Assembly (NCBI GenBank): GCA_902465435.1
Contig: CABQNH010000005.1
Span: 10,889-74,888, forward strand
Length of the DNA stretch: 64,000 nt
Reading direction: 5' to 3'
Origin: an uncultured Eubacteriales bacterium
Lineage (GTDB): Bacteria; Bacillota; Clostridia; Oscillospirales; Oscillospiraceae
Positions 25,636-35,595 of the stretch are shown piece after piece (positions within the stretch are counted from its first letter, which is position 1; every line of letters starts with the position of its first letter). Both the position numbers and the translations under genes were made by a program. Below the pieces are notes generated by a model. The model ran no database searches, was not told where the DNA came from, and worked only from the letters and a program-made list of their open reading frames with translations.

Positions 25636-26959
25636 ATCCAATCGCCTCTTTCTTTTGTTTTTCAATGGTTATTTTCAAAGCACATTCCGACTGCTCCGCT
25701 CTGCGAAGCGCATTGACGCCGATGCCGTAAACAGCCAGCACGCCGTCGTCATCCGCCAGAACCGGCACCTGCTCCCGCTCCCATCGGGGAATCTTGCGGT
25801 CGATAAACAGGCGTTTCAGGCTCCTTTGTCCACAGCCGACGGACATCTGGTCGCCAGTGCGGCGTGGGCGAAGTCGAATTATACTTTGGCCTATCATATC
25901 ATACTTTACAGTAAAAGTGGTAGTACTATTTTCAAAAAAATCGTTTTTTTTCACGAATTCGCAGCGAACCAGCAGCCCGGCCGATGCAACGTACGTTTCT
26001 CCCGGGATATTCAGCGGAATTTCCAGCAGCGGCGGCTGCTTTTCCTCTGCAAACAGCACGTCATACGCGCGGCACACCGTCACGCCGGGAAGCTGCGCCT
26101 GCCCGGAGGCCGCCTGCGCGGAAAGAAGATGCTCGATCACCGCGCGGTGCGCCGCAGTCGGTTCGCTTACCCCCCACTGCCGCAGCAGGCTCTCGATTGC
26201 GCGGCCGCGCACAGGCAGCGGCGCAGAAAGCAGGCAGGTGCAGGAAACACGCCCCTCATCCAGCGCAGCCTTCTCCAGAAGCTCCCGCGCGAGTCCGGAC
26301 AAAAACGCCTCGTCCTGCCGCAGATACTCCGCCGTCTGCGCTGCCTTTTCAAGCAGTCTCGGGTTTTCCTGCAGAAGCAGCGGCACAACACGCTGCCGCA
26401 GCCGGTTGCGCAGACAGCCCGGCTCGAGGTTCGTGCTGTCCTCGCAATAGGGAATCTGCTGCGCCGCGAGATACGCCAGAATCTGCTCTCTGGAAACCGT
26501 CAGCAGCGGCCGCACGATTTTCCCGCGTACCGGCGGGATCCCGCGCAGGCCGCGCAGCCCGGTTCCCCGCAGCAGATGCAGGAGCATCGTCTCAAGATGG
26601 TCGTTGGCATTGTGCGCCACGGCAATTTTGTCCGCCGGCAGGCCGAACAGGAACGCATAGCGCAGCTCCCGCGCCGCCTGCTCGATGCTCTCACCGTATG
26701 CGCGGCTGCGTGCAAGCACGTCGCCGCTTCCCAGATGCAGCGAGATTGCGTGCGCCGCGCAGAAATCGCGAACGAAGCGCTCGTCGCGGTTTGCTTCCTC
26801 GCCGCGCAGGCGGTGATTAAAATGCGCCGCCTCAACCGTGATGCCAAGCGCCTGTGCCCTCGTGTGCAGCAGCCATAGCAGCGCCATGGAGTCCGCGCCG
26901 CCGGATACCGCGCAGATGACGCGGTCGCCCGGCGCAATCGCGGAAAAATCAGCCGTCAT
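25625..26959 (-). CDS. tilS: tRNA(Ile)-lysidine synthetase
   Basis: 444 aa. PP-loop SGGADS near the N-terminus. Conserved tilS-hpt-ftsH order. Confidence 0.9.
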   Translation of the reverse strand: MTADFSAIAPGDRVICAVSGGADSMALLWLLHTRAQALGITVEAAHFNHRLRGEEANRDERFVRDFCAAHAISLHLGSGDVLARSRAYGESIEQAARELRYAFLFGLPADKIAVAHNANDHLETMLLHLLRGTGLRGLRGIPPVRGKIVRPLLTVSREQILAYLAAQQIPYCEDSTNLEPGCLRNRLRQRVVPLLLQENPRLLEKAAQTAEYLRQDEAFLSGLARELLEKAALDEGRVSCTCLLSAPLPVRGRAIESLLRQWGVSEPTAAHRAVIEHLLSAQAASGQAQLPGVTVCRAYDVLFAEEKQPPLLEIPLNIPGETYVASAGLLVRCEFVKKNDFFENSTTTFTVKYDMIGQSIIRLRPRRTGDQMSVGCGQRSLKRLFIDRKIPRWEREQVPVLADDDGVLAVYGIGVNALRRAEQSECALKITIEKQKKEAIGYGP

Positions 26960-28298
26960 TGTGCTTCCACTCCCGGTCGGCGAAGGTCGTAAACTGCGGC
27001 AGCCACTGCAGCTCTACGGTTCCCGTCTCGCCATGACGGTTCTTGGCCACAATGCACTCGGCAACATTCGGCTTCTCCGTGTCTTTATTATAATAGTCGT
27101 CGCGGTAGAGAAAAAGAACCTCGTCCGCATCCTGCTCGATCGCACCGGATTCGCGCAGGTCGGAAAGCATCGGGCGCTTATCCGTACGCGATTCGTTGGC
27201 ACGCGAAAGCTGGGATAGGCAGACCACCGGCACATTCAGCTCCTTAGCCATGATCTTCATGCTTCGGGAAATATCCGAAACGATCTGCTGTCGGTTCTCT
27301 CCATAGCTGCTCCGACCCCCGGCCGAGGTCATAAGCTGCAGATAGTCCACCAGAACCAGCCCAAGATTGTCCAGTCGGCGGCATTTTGCATTCATTTCCG
27401 CAACGGTGATCGACGGATTATCATCCACGCGAATATCCGTTTTGGCCAGTGCCGCTGCGGCAAGACTGATTTTGTTCCATTCCTCCACCGAAAGCTGGCC
27501 GGTCATCAGCTTCTTGTTGTCCACAAAGCTCTCGTTGGAGATCAGTCGCGAGGCAAGCTGCTCACGGGACATTTCCAGCGAGAAAAACGCCACCGTCTTC
27601 TGATAGGATTTGGCAACATTGAGTGCAATATTCAGCGCCATAGAGGTTTTGCCCATGCCGGGTCGCGCAGCGATCAGCATCAGGTCGGATTTATTCAGGC
27701 CCGCAATCACCCTGTCCAGATCCTTCAGCCCGGTAGACAGGCCGGGAATCGTGCTGTCAGACTGGCTCAGCTCCGCCAGCCGGTCAAAGACCTTGACCAA
27801 AACCGTTCCGATGTGCTCTAGGGAATCATCCGAATTTCCCTTGCGCAGGGCGTAGATCTTTTTTTCCGCCGCGCCGAGAATTTCCTGCGCGGTGCCAACG
27901 CCCTCATAGACCGATTCGTTGATATCGCTCGCCGCCTGCCCGAGATTGCGCAGGAGCGCCTTATCCCGCACAATGACCGCGTACTGCTTGACGTTCGCCG
28001 CCGTCGGCGTGATTTCCATCAGCTGCATCAGGTACTGCGTCGTCGTTTTCTCGTCGTAGACGCCGCGTTCCTTCATTTTGTCCAGCACCGTCACGGGATC
28101 GATGACCTGAGAAAAGCTGAACATGGAGTAGATCGTTTCAAAAATGTCCCGGTTCTGCCGCAGATAAAAATCCTCCGGCTTCACAAGCTCCAGCACATCA
28201 CCAACGCAGCGGCTGTCGATCAGCATCGCACCCAGGACGGACTGCTCCGCCTCCAGCGACTGCGGCGCCTGCCGCGATAGAATATCCTCCATGCTCAC
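26949..28298 (-). CDS. dnaB: replicative DNA helicase
   Basis: 449 aa. N-terminal PQSLEAEQSVLGAML and Walker A ARPGMGKTS. Confidence 0.95.
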   Translation of the reverse strand: MSMEDILSRQAPQSLEAEQSVLGAMLIDSRCVGDVLELVKPEDFYLRQNRDIFETIYSMFSFSQVIDPVTVLDKMKERGVYDEKTTTQYLMQLMEITPTAANVKQYAVIVRDKALLRNLGQAASDINESVYEGVGTAQEILGAAEKKIYALRKGNSDDSLEHIGTVLVKVFDRLAELSQSDSTIPGLSTGLKDLDRVIAGLNKSDLMLIAARPGMGKTSMALNIALNVAKSYQKTVAFFSLEMSREQLASRLISNESFVDNKKLMTGQLSVEEWNKISLAAAALAKTDIRVDDNPSITVAEMNAKCRRLDNLGLVLVDYLQLMTSAGGRSSYGENRQQIVSDISRSMKIMAKELNVPVVCLSQLSRANESRTDKRPMLSDLRESGAIEQDADEVLFLYRDDYYNKDTEKPNVAECIVAKNRHGETGTVELQWLPQFTTFADREWKHNDG

Positions 28299-28338
28299 AC
28301 TCCCCCTCTTTGTACAGCGCCGCGCCTAAGCTGCAAAA

Positions 28339-28785
28339 TCACAGCTCGCGGACTTCGATTTTCAGCTCGGCATTGACCTCATAGCCCAGCTTGCAGTGCA
28401 CCGTGAACAGACCGACCGTCTTAATCGGCTCGTCCAGAACCAGTTTGCGGCGATCCAGCTCGATGCCCTCCTGCTGCTTCAGCGCATCCGCGATCTCCTG
28501 CGAGGTCACGGAGCCGAACAGACGGCCTGCGCCGCCGCCCTTTGCGCGTACGATCAGCGTGATTTCACGAAGCCGCTTTTCCGTCGCGACGGCGGCTCCC
28601 CGCTCGCGCTGACGGCGCTCCTGCGTCGCCTTGTCATTCATTCGCATGGTATTGATACTGTCCGCGTTTGCCTCGATCGCAACCTTGCGCGGCAGCAGAT
28701 AATTTCTTGCATAGCCGTCCGAGACCTCGATCATCTGTCCCTTCTTGCCCTTGCCCTTCACATCCTGTTGGAGAATTACCTTCAT
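28339..28785 (-). CDS. rplI: 50S ribosomal protein L9
   Basis: 148 aa from ATG 28785 (MKVILQQDVKGKGKKGQMIEVSDGYARNYL). Confidence 0.93.
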   Translation of the reverse strand: MKVILQQDVKGKGKKGQMIEVSDGYARNYLLPRKVAIEANADSINTMRMNDKATQERRQRERGAAVATEKRLREITLIVRAKGGGAGRLFGSVTSQEIADALKQQEGIELDRRKLVLDEPIKTVGLFTVHCKLGYEVNAELKIEVREL

Positions 28786-28817
28786 AGCTTTCGCTCCCTT
28801 CTGTTCTTTCGTGCGGA

Positions 28818-30797
28818 TCATTCCGCAAAATACTGGTCAATCGCTGCAATCAGGTCGTCCAAAACCGTCTTGATCGGCTTTCCCTTGACCTGCGCACCGG
28901 CCGTTGCGGCATTGCCGCCGCCGCCAAGCGCCTCCAAAATCACCTGCACGTTTGTATCGCAAATAGAGCGTGCGGAGATAATGACCTGATTGTTGTCCGG
29001 ATACAGGACAAACGACGTCTCGATGCCGGAGATGTTCAGCAGCTCGTCAGCCGCCTGCGCTGCAATGGTGCGCGAAACCGTGCTCTCGATCGCTGCGATC
29101 GCGATGTTATCGCGATAGAGCCGCGACGCCTGAATGATGCGGTAGCGCGCAACCGTAGACTGAAAATCGTTTTGGAACAGGCGCTTGACATCCACCGTGT
29201 CCGCACCGAGCCGCCGCAGGAACGCCGCCGCCTCAAAGGTACGGCTGGAGGTGCGCACGCCGAAATTCTTGGTGTCAAGCACAATACCGGCCAGCAGCGC
29301 CTCCGATTCCTGCGGAAGGATGTCCGCAGGCTCCACGGCATACTGCAGCAGCTCCGTCACCAACTCGGAGGCGGAGGACGCAAACGGCTCATGCAGATTC
29401 ATCACGACCTGCTCGATATAATCCGCCGCGCGGCGATGGTGGTCGATCACCGCGACACGGGGCAGCGACTCTAACAGCGGCAGGCATTCGACCTGATCGG
29501 GTCGGTTCGTATCTACCACGACGAGCAGACTCTTTGCGTCGGCAAGCAGCAGCGCATCCTCACCGGAAAGGAAGCAGTCCTTGTACTCCGGCAGCTTTTT
29601 GAGCTTGGCAAGCAGCGCCTTCGCCGCGTTTTTCTCCCAATCGATCACAATATGCGCGTGCTTTCCGCGCTTGCGGCACAGACACATCACACCGGCCGCC
29701 GCGCCAACGGCGTCCAGATCGGCGTTTTTGTGCCCCATAATGAAAATGTGGGACGACTGCGCCACCAGCTCGGACAGGCTCGAGGCCATCACGCGGCTTT
29801 TGACCTTTGTACGGCGATCCGTTTCCTTTGCGCGGCCGCCGTAGAAGGAAAAGTTATAGCGATCCTTAATGACCGCCTGATCCCCACCGCGGGAAAGTGC
29901 CATTTCAATGGACAGCGAGGCGAAGCTGTAGTCCTCCTCAAAGCTCACACCGTCCTTGCCGAGGCCGATGGAAACCGTCGCGGCAATTCCCGCAGGGTTC
30001 GTGACCTCCCGGATGGAATCCAGCAAGGAGAACTTTCCTTCCTCCAGCTTGGCAAGATCCTTCGCCTCCAGCAGGAACAGATAGCGATTGCGCTCCAGAC
30101 GGCGCAGCAGCGCACCCGCGCCCTGCGTCCACTCGTTGATTTTCGTGTTCAGCGCAGCGTTGAGCGTTGAAATACCGGAGTCCTGTAGATTATTCGTCAG
30201 TTCCTCGTAATTATCGATCAAAATGATACCGACGACCGGACGGGAGCGGATATACTCGTCCTTCACATGTAGCAGCTCTGTCATATCCACAAGATACAGC
30301 GTCCCGAGCAGCATTCCGCTGCGCGAATCCATATCCCGGACAATATGTCCGAATACCCGATAGCGCCGCCCCTGGATCGCAATATCCTTCGGCGCTTCGG
30401 ATTTTCCGGAAATCATCCAATCGACGTTAAACTTCGGGATCACATCCTGAATGTTGTTGGCCAGCAGCGTACTGTGGCTGCCGGACAGCTCTGCAAAGCG
30501 GTCGTTGTTCCAAACGATCTCCCCATCGCCCAGCTTCACGAGAGCCATGGGAAACGGCATATCTCCCTCGGATGCCGTTTTGAGCGTATCCGTTGCCGTT
30601 TGGATGTAATTTGAAATTGCGTTTCTGCGGCGCACGCTGCTGACCGTATAATAGAAAAACAGCAGCGCCGTAATTGCCGTCGCGATGACTGCAAAGGTCA
30701 GCTCGCTCCAGACAAACGCACAAACGCACAGCAGAACCATCACGCCGAAGTACAGCGCCATGCTCGGCTGGATCAGTCGGCTGAGTTTCTTGTTCAT
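28818..30797 (-). CDS. gdpP: GdpP/YybT-like DHH-DHHA1 phosphodiesterase (probable c-di-AMP phosphodiesterase)
   Basis: 659 aa. Two N-terminal TM helices, central sensory/GGDEF-like region, DHH motif (VIDHHRR). Conserved position upstream of rplI-dnaB. Confidence 0.8.
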   Translation of the reverse strand: MNKKLSRLIQPSMALYFGVMVLLCVCAFVWSELTFAVIATAITALLFFYYTVSSVRRRNAISNYIQTATDTLKTASEGDMPFPMALVKLGDGEIVWNNDRFAELSGSHSTLLANNIQDVIPKFNVDWMISGKSEAPKDIAIQGRRYRVFGHIVRDMDSRSGMLLGTLYLVDMTELLHVKDEYIRSRPVVGIILIDNYEELTNNLQDSGISTLNAALNTKINEWTQGAGALLRRLERNRYLFLLEAKDLAKLEEGKFSLLDSIREVTNPAGIAATVSIGLGKDGVSFEEDYSFASLSIEMALSRGGDQAVIKDRYNFSFYGGRAKETDRRTKVKSRVMASSLSELVAQSSHIFIMGHKNADLDAVGAAAGVMCLCRKRGKHAHIVIDWEKNAAKALLAKLKKLPEYKDCFLSGEDALLLADAKSLLVVVDTNRPDQVECLPLLESLPRVAVIDHHRRAADYIEQVVMNLHEPFASSASELVTELLQYAVEPADILPQESEALLAGIVLDTKNFGVRTSSRTFEAAAFLRRLGADTVDVKRLFQNDFQSTVARYRIIQASRLYRDNIAIAAIESTVSRTIAAQAADELLNISGIETSFVLYPDNNQVIISARSICDTNVQVILEALGGGGNAATAGAQVKGKPIKTVLDDLIAAIDQYFAE

Positions 30798-31177
30798 CGT
30801 CCGTTTCCTTCCTTCTTTCCTCGCAAGCGGGGCTATTCTGCTTATATTTTATACATTATAACAAATTCCCCCGCGCTTTTCCACCACAACTTCTGGTGGT
30901 ACGCAAAAAATTTGCCTTGAAATCCGCGCCCTCCAAAAATATGTATACTTTTTCTCCGTTTTGTGGTATACTCTTTAGTAATGAATAAAATTGGTGTATT
31001 TTATTCGCGCAGACGCGCACGAAACAGAACACGCAGCAGATGCAGGCGGTGGTCTCTTGAGGCAGCGAGACAGGGCAGTCTTTCGGGATCGGCGGCTGCC
31101 CGGCCTTTGTGCGCACTTTTGCTTTGCATGACACCATAGCCTTTACATACACGTTTTCACATCAGAAAGGAGTCTTT

Positions 31178-32836
31178 ATGGCTGATAAATTAAAAATTAT
31201 TTCGCTTGGTGGTCTGAATGAGATCGGCAAGAATATGACCGTGCTGGAATACGGCAAGGATATGATCGTCGTGGACTGCGGCATCGGGTTTCCCGAGGAC
31301 GATATGTACGGCGTGGATCTTGTGATTCCAGACGTCAGCTATCTGGTCAAGAATAAGAACAAGCTCCGCGGCTTCTTCATCACGCACGGACACGAGGACC
31401 ATATCGGCTCGCTGCCTTATGTTTTGGAGCAGGTCAACGCGCCTGTGCACAGCACGCCGCTTACAAACGGCCTGATCAAACTAAAGCTTGAGGAGCACAA
31501 CCTGCTCGACGTCGCCAAGCTCCATACGCATACGGCAGGCGACCGTGTTAAGGCCGGCTGCTTTGAGGTGGAGTTCATTCATGTCAACCACTCGATTGCG
31601 GATGCCGTAGCCTTTGCCATCCGCACGCCGGTCGGCACGGTTGTCATGACGGGCGACTTCAAGATCGATCCCACTGCCGAAGACGGCATGATGGATCTCG
31701 GTCGGCTCGGCCAACTCGGCAAGGACGGTGTTCTTGCGCTGCTCGCCGATTCCACAAATGTGGAGCGGCAGGGCTATACCCCCAGCGAATCCACCGTAGC
31801 AGACAATCTGGATCGGCAGTTCAAGGGCTGCAATCAGCGCATTATTGTGACGACCTTCGCCTCCAATATGCACCGCATTCAGGCCATTCTGCAGACCGCC
31901 AGCCGCCATGGCCGCAAGGTCGCCGTGACCGGCCGCAGCATGGAGAACATCTTAAAGGTCGCAACGGAGCTGGGTTATCTGAAAGCGCCCGAGAATTCCA
32001 TCGTCGATATCGCGCAGATCAAAAAGCTGCCGAAGGAGAAGATCGTTATCGTCTCCACCGGCTCTCAGGGCGAAAACATGTCCGCGTTATACCGCATGGC
32101 CTTTGCCAGCCACAAGCAGGTGGAGATTCAGCCGGGCGACCGCGTCATCATCTCCGCCTCCGCCATCCCCGGCAACGAAAAAGCAATTTCCCGCATCATT
32201 AACGAGCTGTACCGGAAGGGCGCGGACGTGATTTATGACAAGTTAGAGGGACTGCATGTCTCCGGCCACGCCTGTCAGGAGGAGCTGAAAATCGTGCATG
32301 CGCTGTGCAAGCCGAAGTTTTTCATTCCGGTGCACGGCGAGCAGCGCCATCTGCATAAGCACGCACAGCTCGCACAGGCAATGGGCATGCCCGCGAAAAA
32401 CATCTTCATTTCCGACCTTGGCAGAATTCTGGAGCTGACTGCGAAGACCTGCAAATTCACCGGAAACGTTCCGGCCGGGAGAATTCTGGTGGACGGCGAG
32501 GGCAATGTCGGCAATGTCGGCCCCGTGGTGCTGCGCGACCGCAAGCATTTGGCCGAGGACGGCATGATCGTCGTCTGTGTGAATCTCTCCTCCGAGGACG
32601 GTTCCATTCTGACCGGTCCGGATATCATCACGCGCGGCTTCGTTTACGTCAAGGAGTCGGAGGATCTGATGGATGCGCTGAAAATCATTGCAACCGCCTC
32701 GATCGAGTATTGCCGCGAGCGTAAGATCTCCGACTGGGCAACGATCAAGGCAACCATGAAAAACGATCTTTCGACCTTCCTTTACAAAAACACCCGGCGA
32801 AATCCCATGATCCTGCCGGTTATCATGGAAATCTGA
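31178..32836 (+). CDS. rnj: ribonuclease J
   Basis: 552 aa from ATG 31178. Metallo-beta-lactamase motif THGHEDHIG plus beta-CASP layout. Confidence 0.92.
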   Translation: MADKLKIISLGGLNEIGKNMTVLEYGKDMIVVDCGIGFPEDDMYGVDLVIPDVSYLVKNKNKLRGFFITHGHEDHIGSLPYVLEQVNAPVHSTPLTNGLIKLKLEEHNLLDVAKLHTHTAGDRVKAGCFEVEFIHVNHSIADAVAFAIRTPVGTVVMTGDFKIDPTAEDGMMDLGRLGQLGKDGVLALLADSTNVERQGYTPSESTVADNLDRQFKGCNQRIIVTTFASNMHRIQAILQTASRHGRKVAVTGRSMENILKVATELGYLKAPENSIVDIAQIKKLPKEKIVIVSTGSQGENMSALYRMAFASHKQVEIQPGDRVIISASAIPGNEKAISRIINELYRKGADVIYDKLEGLHVSGHACQEELKIVHALCKPKFFIPVHGEQRHLHKHAQLAQAMGMPAKNIFISDLGRILELTAKTCKFTGNVPAGRILVDGEGNVGNVGPVVLRDRKHLAEDGMIVVCVNLSSEDGSILTGPDIITRGFVYVKESEDLMDALKIIATASIEYCRERKISDWATIKATMKNDLSTFLYKNTRRNPMILPVIMEI

Positions 32837-32948
32837 TTCAGAAGCTGTGCCGACAAACGGCGCCCGGCCGCGCGCCGGAAGTTTTTCTGGCGCACGGCTG
32901 GGCAACTCTAAAAAGCCTGAACGTTGGTTCCTGCGGCAATAGAAAACA

Positions 32949-32991
32949 GGGCTGCCTCAAAAAGATTCGAAAGGATCCTTTGAGGCAGCCC
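32949..32991. terminator. bidirectional terminator between rnj and the PPC/udk genes
   Basis: 13-bp stem GGGCTGCCTCAAA / TTTGAGGCAGCCC with flanking A- and T-rich runs. Confidence 0.65.
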
Positions 32992-33072
32992 GTTTCTATT
33001 CTGTTCCTTTTAATGGGCAGGCGCCCCTCCGGTACGCGCCTTGCGCGCAAAAGGCGGCTCCTGCCGATTTTC

Positions 33073-33483
33073 TCAGCAGCTTCCCATCAAGCTTTTTTCA
33101 AAGACGATCTCGTCATAGCCGGTCGCTGCGTCCTGCTCCACACCGAAGCGCCAGCCGTCCAGAACGCCGAGCACCAGCTCACAGGTGGTGTTGACCACGC
33201 AGCCCGGCACAAGATGGCCGCCGACGGTAGACAAGTCCTCCTTGGACAGCGCAATATGCAGATGGCAGCGCGCCGCGCTGACCGTTCCGTTCAGAGAAAC
33301 GATCTCACACGGCTCCGAAATAGTACGAAGCGTCACACCGCTTACGTCGCGCACCCGGGCGCAGGACACGCAGCCGACGGCCGACAGCACAACCCCTGCC
33401 GCGATTTGCTCGCGCTCGGCCAGCGCGCGGATCGCGAGCAGCAGACCCTCTCCGCGATGAAGCCGCAGGCAAACCGTCCTCAT
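33073..33483 (-). CDS. PPC (DUF296) domain protein
   Basis: 136 aa. The pattern GVVLSAVGCVS...EIVSLNGTV...HLHIAL is typical of PPC/DUF296 proteins. ATGA overlap with the udk stop. Confidence 0.55.
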   Translation of the reverse strand: MRTVCLRLHRGEGLLLAIRALAEREQIAAGVVLSAVGCVSCARVRDVSGVTLRTISEPCEIVSLNGTVSAARCHLHIALSKEDLSTVGGHLVPGCVVNTTCELVLGVLDGWRFGVEQDAATGYDEIVFEKSLMGSC

Positions 33484-34130
33484 GCCAGCTCTTCCGGGAC
33501 GGCGAGCAGACTGTCGCCGCGCAGGTGGTGCTGAATGCGATTATTGAGCATATCGAGCGCCACAAGATTCTTGCCGCCGCCGACTACAATCATATCCGCA
33601 TTCTTCTTGCTCGGCTCAACGAACATTTCATGCATCGGCTTGACCGTAGCGAGGTACTGCTCCAGCACCGACTCCAGACTGCGGCCGCGCTTGGCAACGT
33701 CGCGCTTAATACGCCGGATGAGGCGCACATCCGCATCCGTATCGACGAAGATCTTGATGTCCATTTCGTCGCACAGCTCTTTATTCTGGAAAATCAGGAT
33801 TCCCTCCACGATGATCACCGGGCGCGGCTCTACAACAGTGAAATCCGTACCACGATTGTGAATGCTATAATCGTAAACCGGGCACTTGATGGACTGTCCC
33901 GCCTTCAGCATCCGCAGATGGTCGATCATCATATCGGTTTCAAAGGCATCGGGGTGGTCATAGTTGAGCTTACTGCGCTGCTCGTAGGGCAGCTCGTCGT
34001 GCGCACGATAGTAATTATCGTGGCTGAGAACAGAAATGTCGTTCTGGAAACGCTGCATAAGGTTTTTCATCAGGGTGGTCTTTCCGCTGCCGCTTCCGCC
34101 GGCAATTCCGATTACAATGATATCCTGCAT
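33480..34130 (-). CDS. udk: uridine kinase
   Basis: P-loop IGIAGGSGSGKTT and DNYY / YDHPDAFE motifs. Start set at ATG 34130 (GGGGAG RBS 9 nt upstream). The ORF-track start at 34181 has no RBS. Confidence 0.88.
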   Translation of the reverse strand: MQDIIVIGIAGGSGSGKTTLMKNLMQRFQNDISVLSHDNYYRAHDELPYEQRSKLNYDHPDAFETDMMIDHLRMLKAGQSIKCPVYDYSIHNRGTDFTVVEPRPVIIVEGILIFQNKELCDEMDIKIFVDTDADVRLIRRIKRDVAKRGRSLESVLEQYLATVKPMHEMFVEPSKKNADMIVVGGGKNLVALDMLNNRIQHHLRGDSLLAVPEELA

Positions 34131-34588
34131 CAATTCGTACTCCCCAAGCCTAAGCTTTTCTCCCGAAATGCCCTGATTCATCCGACCACGCAGGAGGCAG
34201 AAGCCTTTGCCGAAGGATCGGCAAAGCGTCAGCGTAAATCCGCACGCCTACGGGCTTTTGACCCGGTGGACCGACACAAAAACTGCCGCGCCGCGATCCG
34301 CGCATTCAGAGCATTTCCTTGTTCACTTTTCTCCAAGAAACCGCCAAAGAACCCCCAACGGCAGTCGGCGGATCCTTTCCGCCAAGGCCGCAGCCGGAAA
34401 CACATAAAGCATTCGGTCTTTCCGTATTCTCCAAGTCCTGCTTTCACGAAAAACGCCCGGCAACCACCCCGGTTGATTCCATCGGTCGCTCTCAAACCCC
34501 ATAGAAACGGGCAAACACCGCCGCAAAGCAAACTCCGACCGTACCGTTTCGCCGGAATGCCGCCGAAACGGCGGCCTCAACGTGTCTA
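34131..34588 (-). other. long GC-rich non-coding leader or candidate structured RNA upstream of udk
   Basis: About 450 nt without a credible ORF. It has its own promoter and several stable hairpins, for example GCCGCCG-UUU-CGGCGGC with a competing CGAAACGG segment, and two GC stems followed by UUUUU. Confidence 0.3.
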
Positions 34589-34617
34589 ATTATAGCAAAA
34601 AAAGTGCCCGTAGGCAA
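34589..34617 (-). promoter_or_regulatory. promoter with extended -10, embedded in the preceding terminator
   Basis: Minus strand TTGCCT-17 nt-TATAAT with the last three spacer bases forming TGC (TGCTATAAT). Confidence 0.5.
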
Positions 34618-34630
34618 GGCCTACGGACAC
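34597..34630 (-). terminator. intrinsic terminator of the BMP ABC transporter operon
   Basis: 11-bp stem GTGTCCGTAGG / CCTACGGGCAC (one mismatch) followed on the minus strand by TTTTTTT. Confidence 0.7.
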
Positions 34631-34653
34631 TTTTTTCAGTTTGGTCAATGCCG

Positions 34654-35595
34654 TCAACGCTGACCCTTATCGTAAGGAATACCCTCTGCTTTCGGAGCGC
34701 GGGACTTCTTGGAGGTGAAGGCCAGCACGATCAGGGAGATAATGTAGGGCAGCATATTGTAAACGCTGCTCGGCAGACCCAGATCATAGAGGAAATCAAT
34801 GCCGATATAGGTATTGGACAGTGCGCGGAAGAAGCCGAAGAGCAGCGCCGCCAGCGCAATGTTGATCGGTTTCCAGGAGCCGAAGATCATAACGGCCAGA
34901 GCCAAGAAGCCAAAGCCTGCCACGCCGACTTCAAACTTCCACAGCGAAACGCCTGCCAGAATGTAGCAGATACCGCCGAGACCGCCGAGTGCGCCGGAGA
35001 TCATAACACCGGCATAGCGCATCTTGCGAACGTTGATACCGACAGAGTCCGCCGCCTGCGGATGCTCGCCGCAAGCCATCAGGCGAAGGCCGAAGCGCGT
35101 CTTATACAGCAGGACGAAGGCAAAGACCAGAGCCAGTACGGCCACGACCATGAACCAGTTAAACTCAAACTTGCCGAAGTAATGGATGAACGCTTTTCTC
35201 TGCGTCTCGTAGTGAATCTCAGACGAAACGTCGTTGGGGTTTGCCGCAGTGTTGATTGCCTTGACGATAACCGTAGAGGTAGCCGTTGCAAAGAGGTTCA
35301 TTGCCGTACCGACAATTGTCTGGTCGGCATTGAAATTGATTGCGGCAACTGCAAGCATCAAGGAATAGATCACGCCCGCAACAATTGCGCAGAGCATAGT
35401 GAGGATCACCATGACGCCGCCCGGAAGAGACGGCCCAAGATAGCGCATGCAAAGCGCGCCGCCGAGCGCACCAAGAACCATGATGCCTTCCAGACCGAGG
35501 TTGATGACGCCGCTATGTTCGGAAATACAGCCGCCCAGTGCAACCAGAAGCAGAATGGAGGCGAAGATTAATGTATACTGAATTAATAATGTCAT
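34654..35595 (-). CDS. ABC transporter permease (BMP/nucleoside family, NupQ/YufQ-like)
   Basis: 313 aa from ATG 35595, which overlaps the upstream stop as ATGA. Multi-TM with EHSGVINLGLEGIM motif. Confidence 0.85.
   Translation of the reverse strand: MTLLIQYTLIFASILLLVALGGCISEHSGVINLGLEGIMVLGALGGALCMRYLGPSLPGGVMVILTMLCAIVAGVIYSLMLAVAAINFNADQTIVGTAMNLFATATSTVIVKAINTAANPNDVSSEIHYETQRKAFIHYFGKFEFNWFMVVAVLALVFAFVLLYKTRFGLRLMACGEHPQAADSVGINVRKMRYAGVMISGALGGLGGICYILAGVSLWKFEVGVAGFGFLALAVMIFGSWKPINIALAALLFGFFRALSNTYIGIDFLYDLGLPSSVYNMLPYIISLIVLAFTSKKSRAPKAEGIPYDKGQR

Noticed and set aside
34131-34600. The udk upstream gap as a known housekeeping RNA (RNase P RNA, tmRNA, SRP RNA, 6S RNA) or a c-di-AMP or PyrR-type leader.
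   Set aside because: I could not find the conserved cores on either strand: GGAAAGUCCGG for RNase P, a tRNA-like GGUUCGA...CCA end for tmRNA, the SRP domain IV GGAA loop context, the ydaO CAGCUAACC block, or the PyrR UCCAGAGAGG loop. It is kept only as an unclassified candidate.
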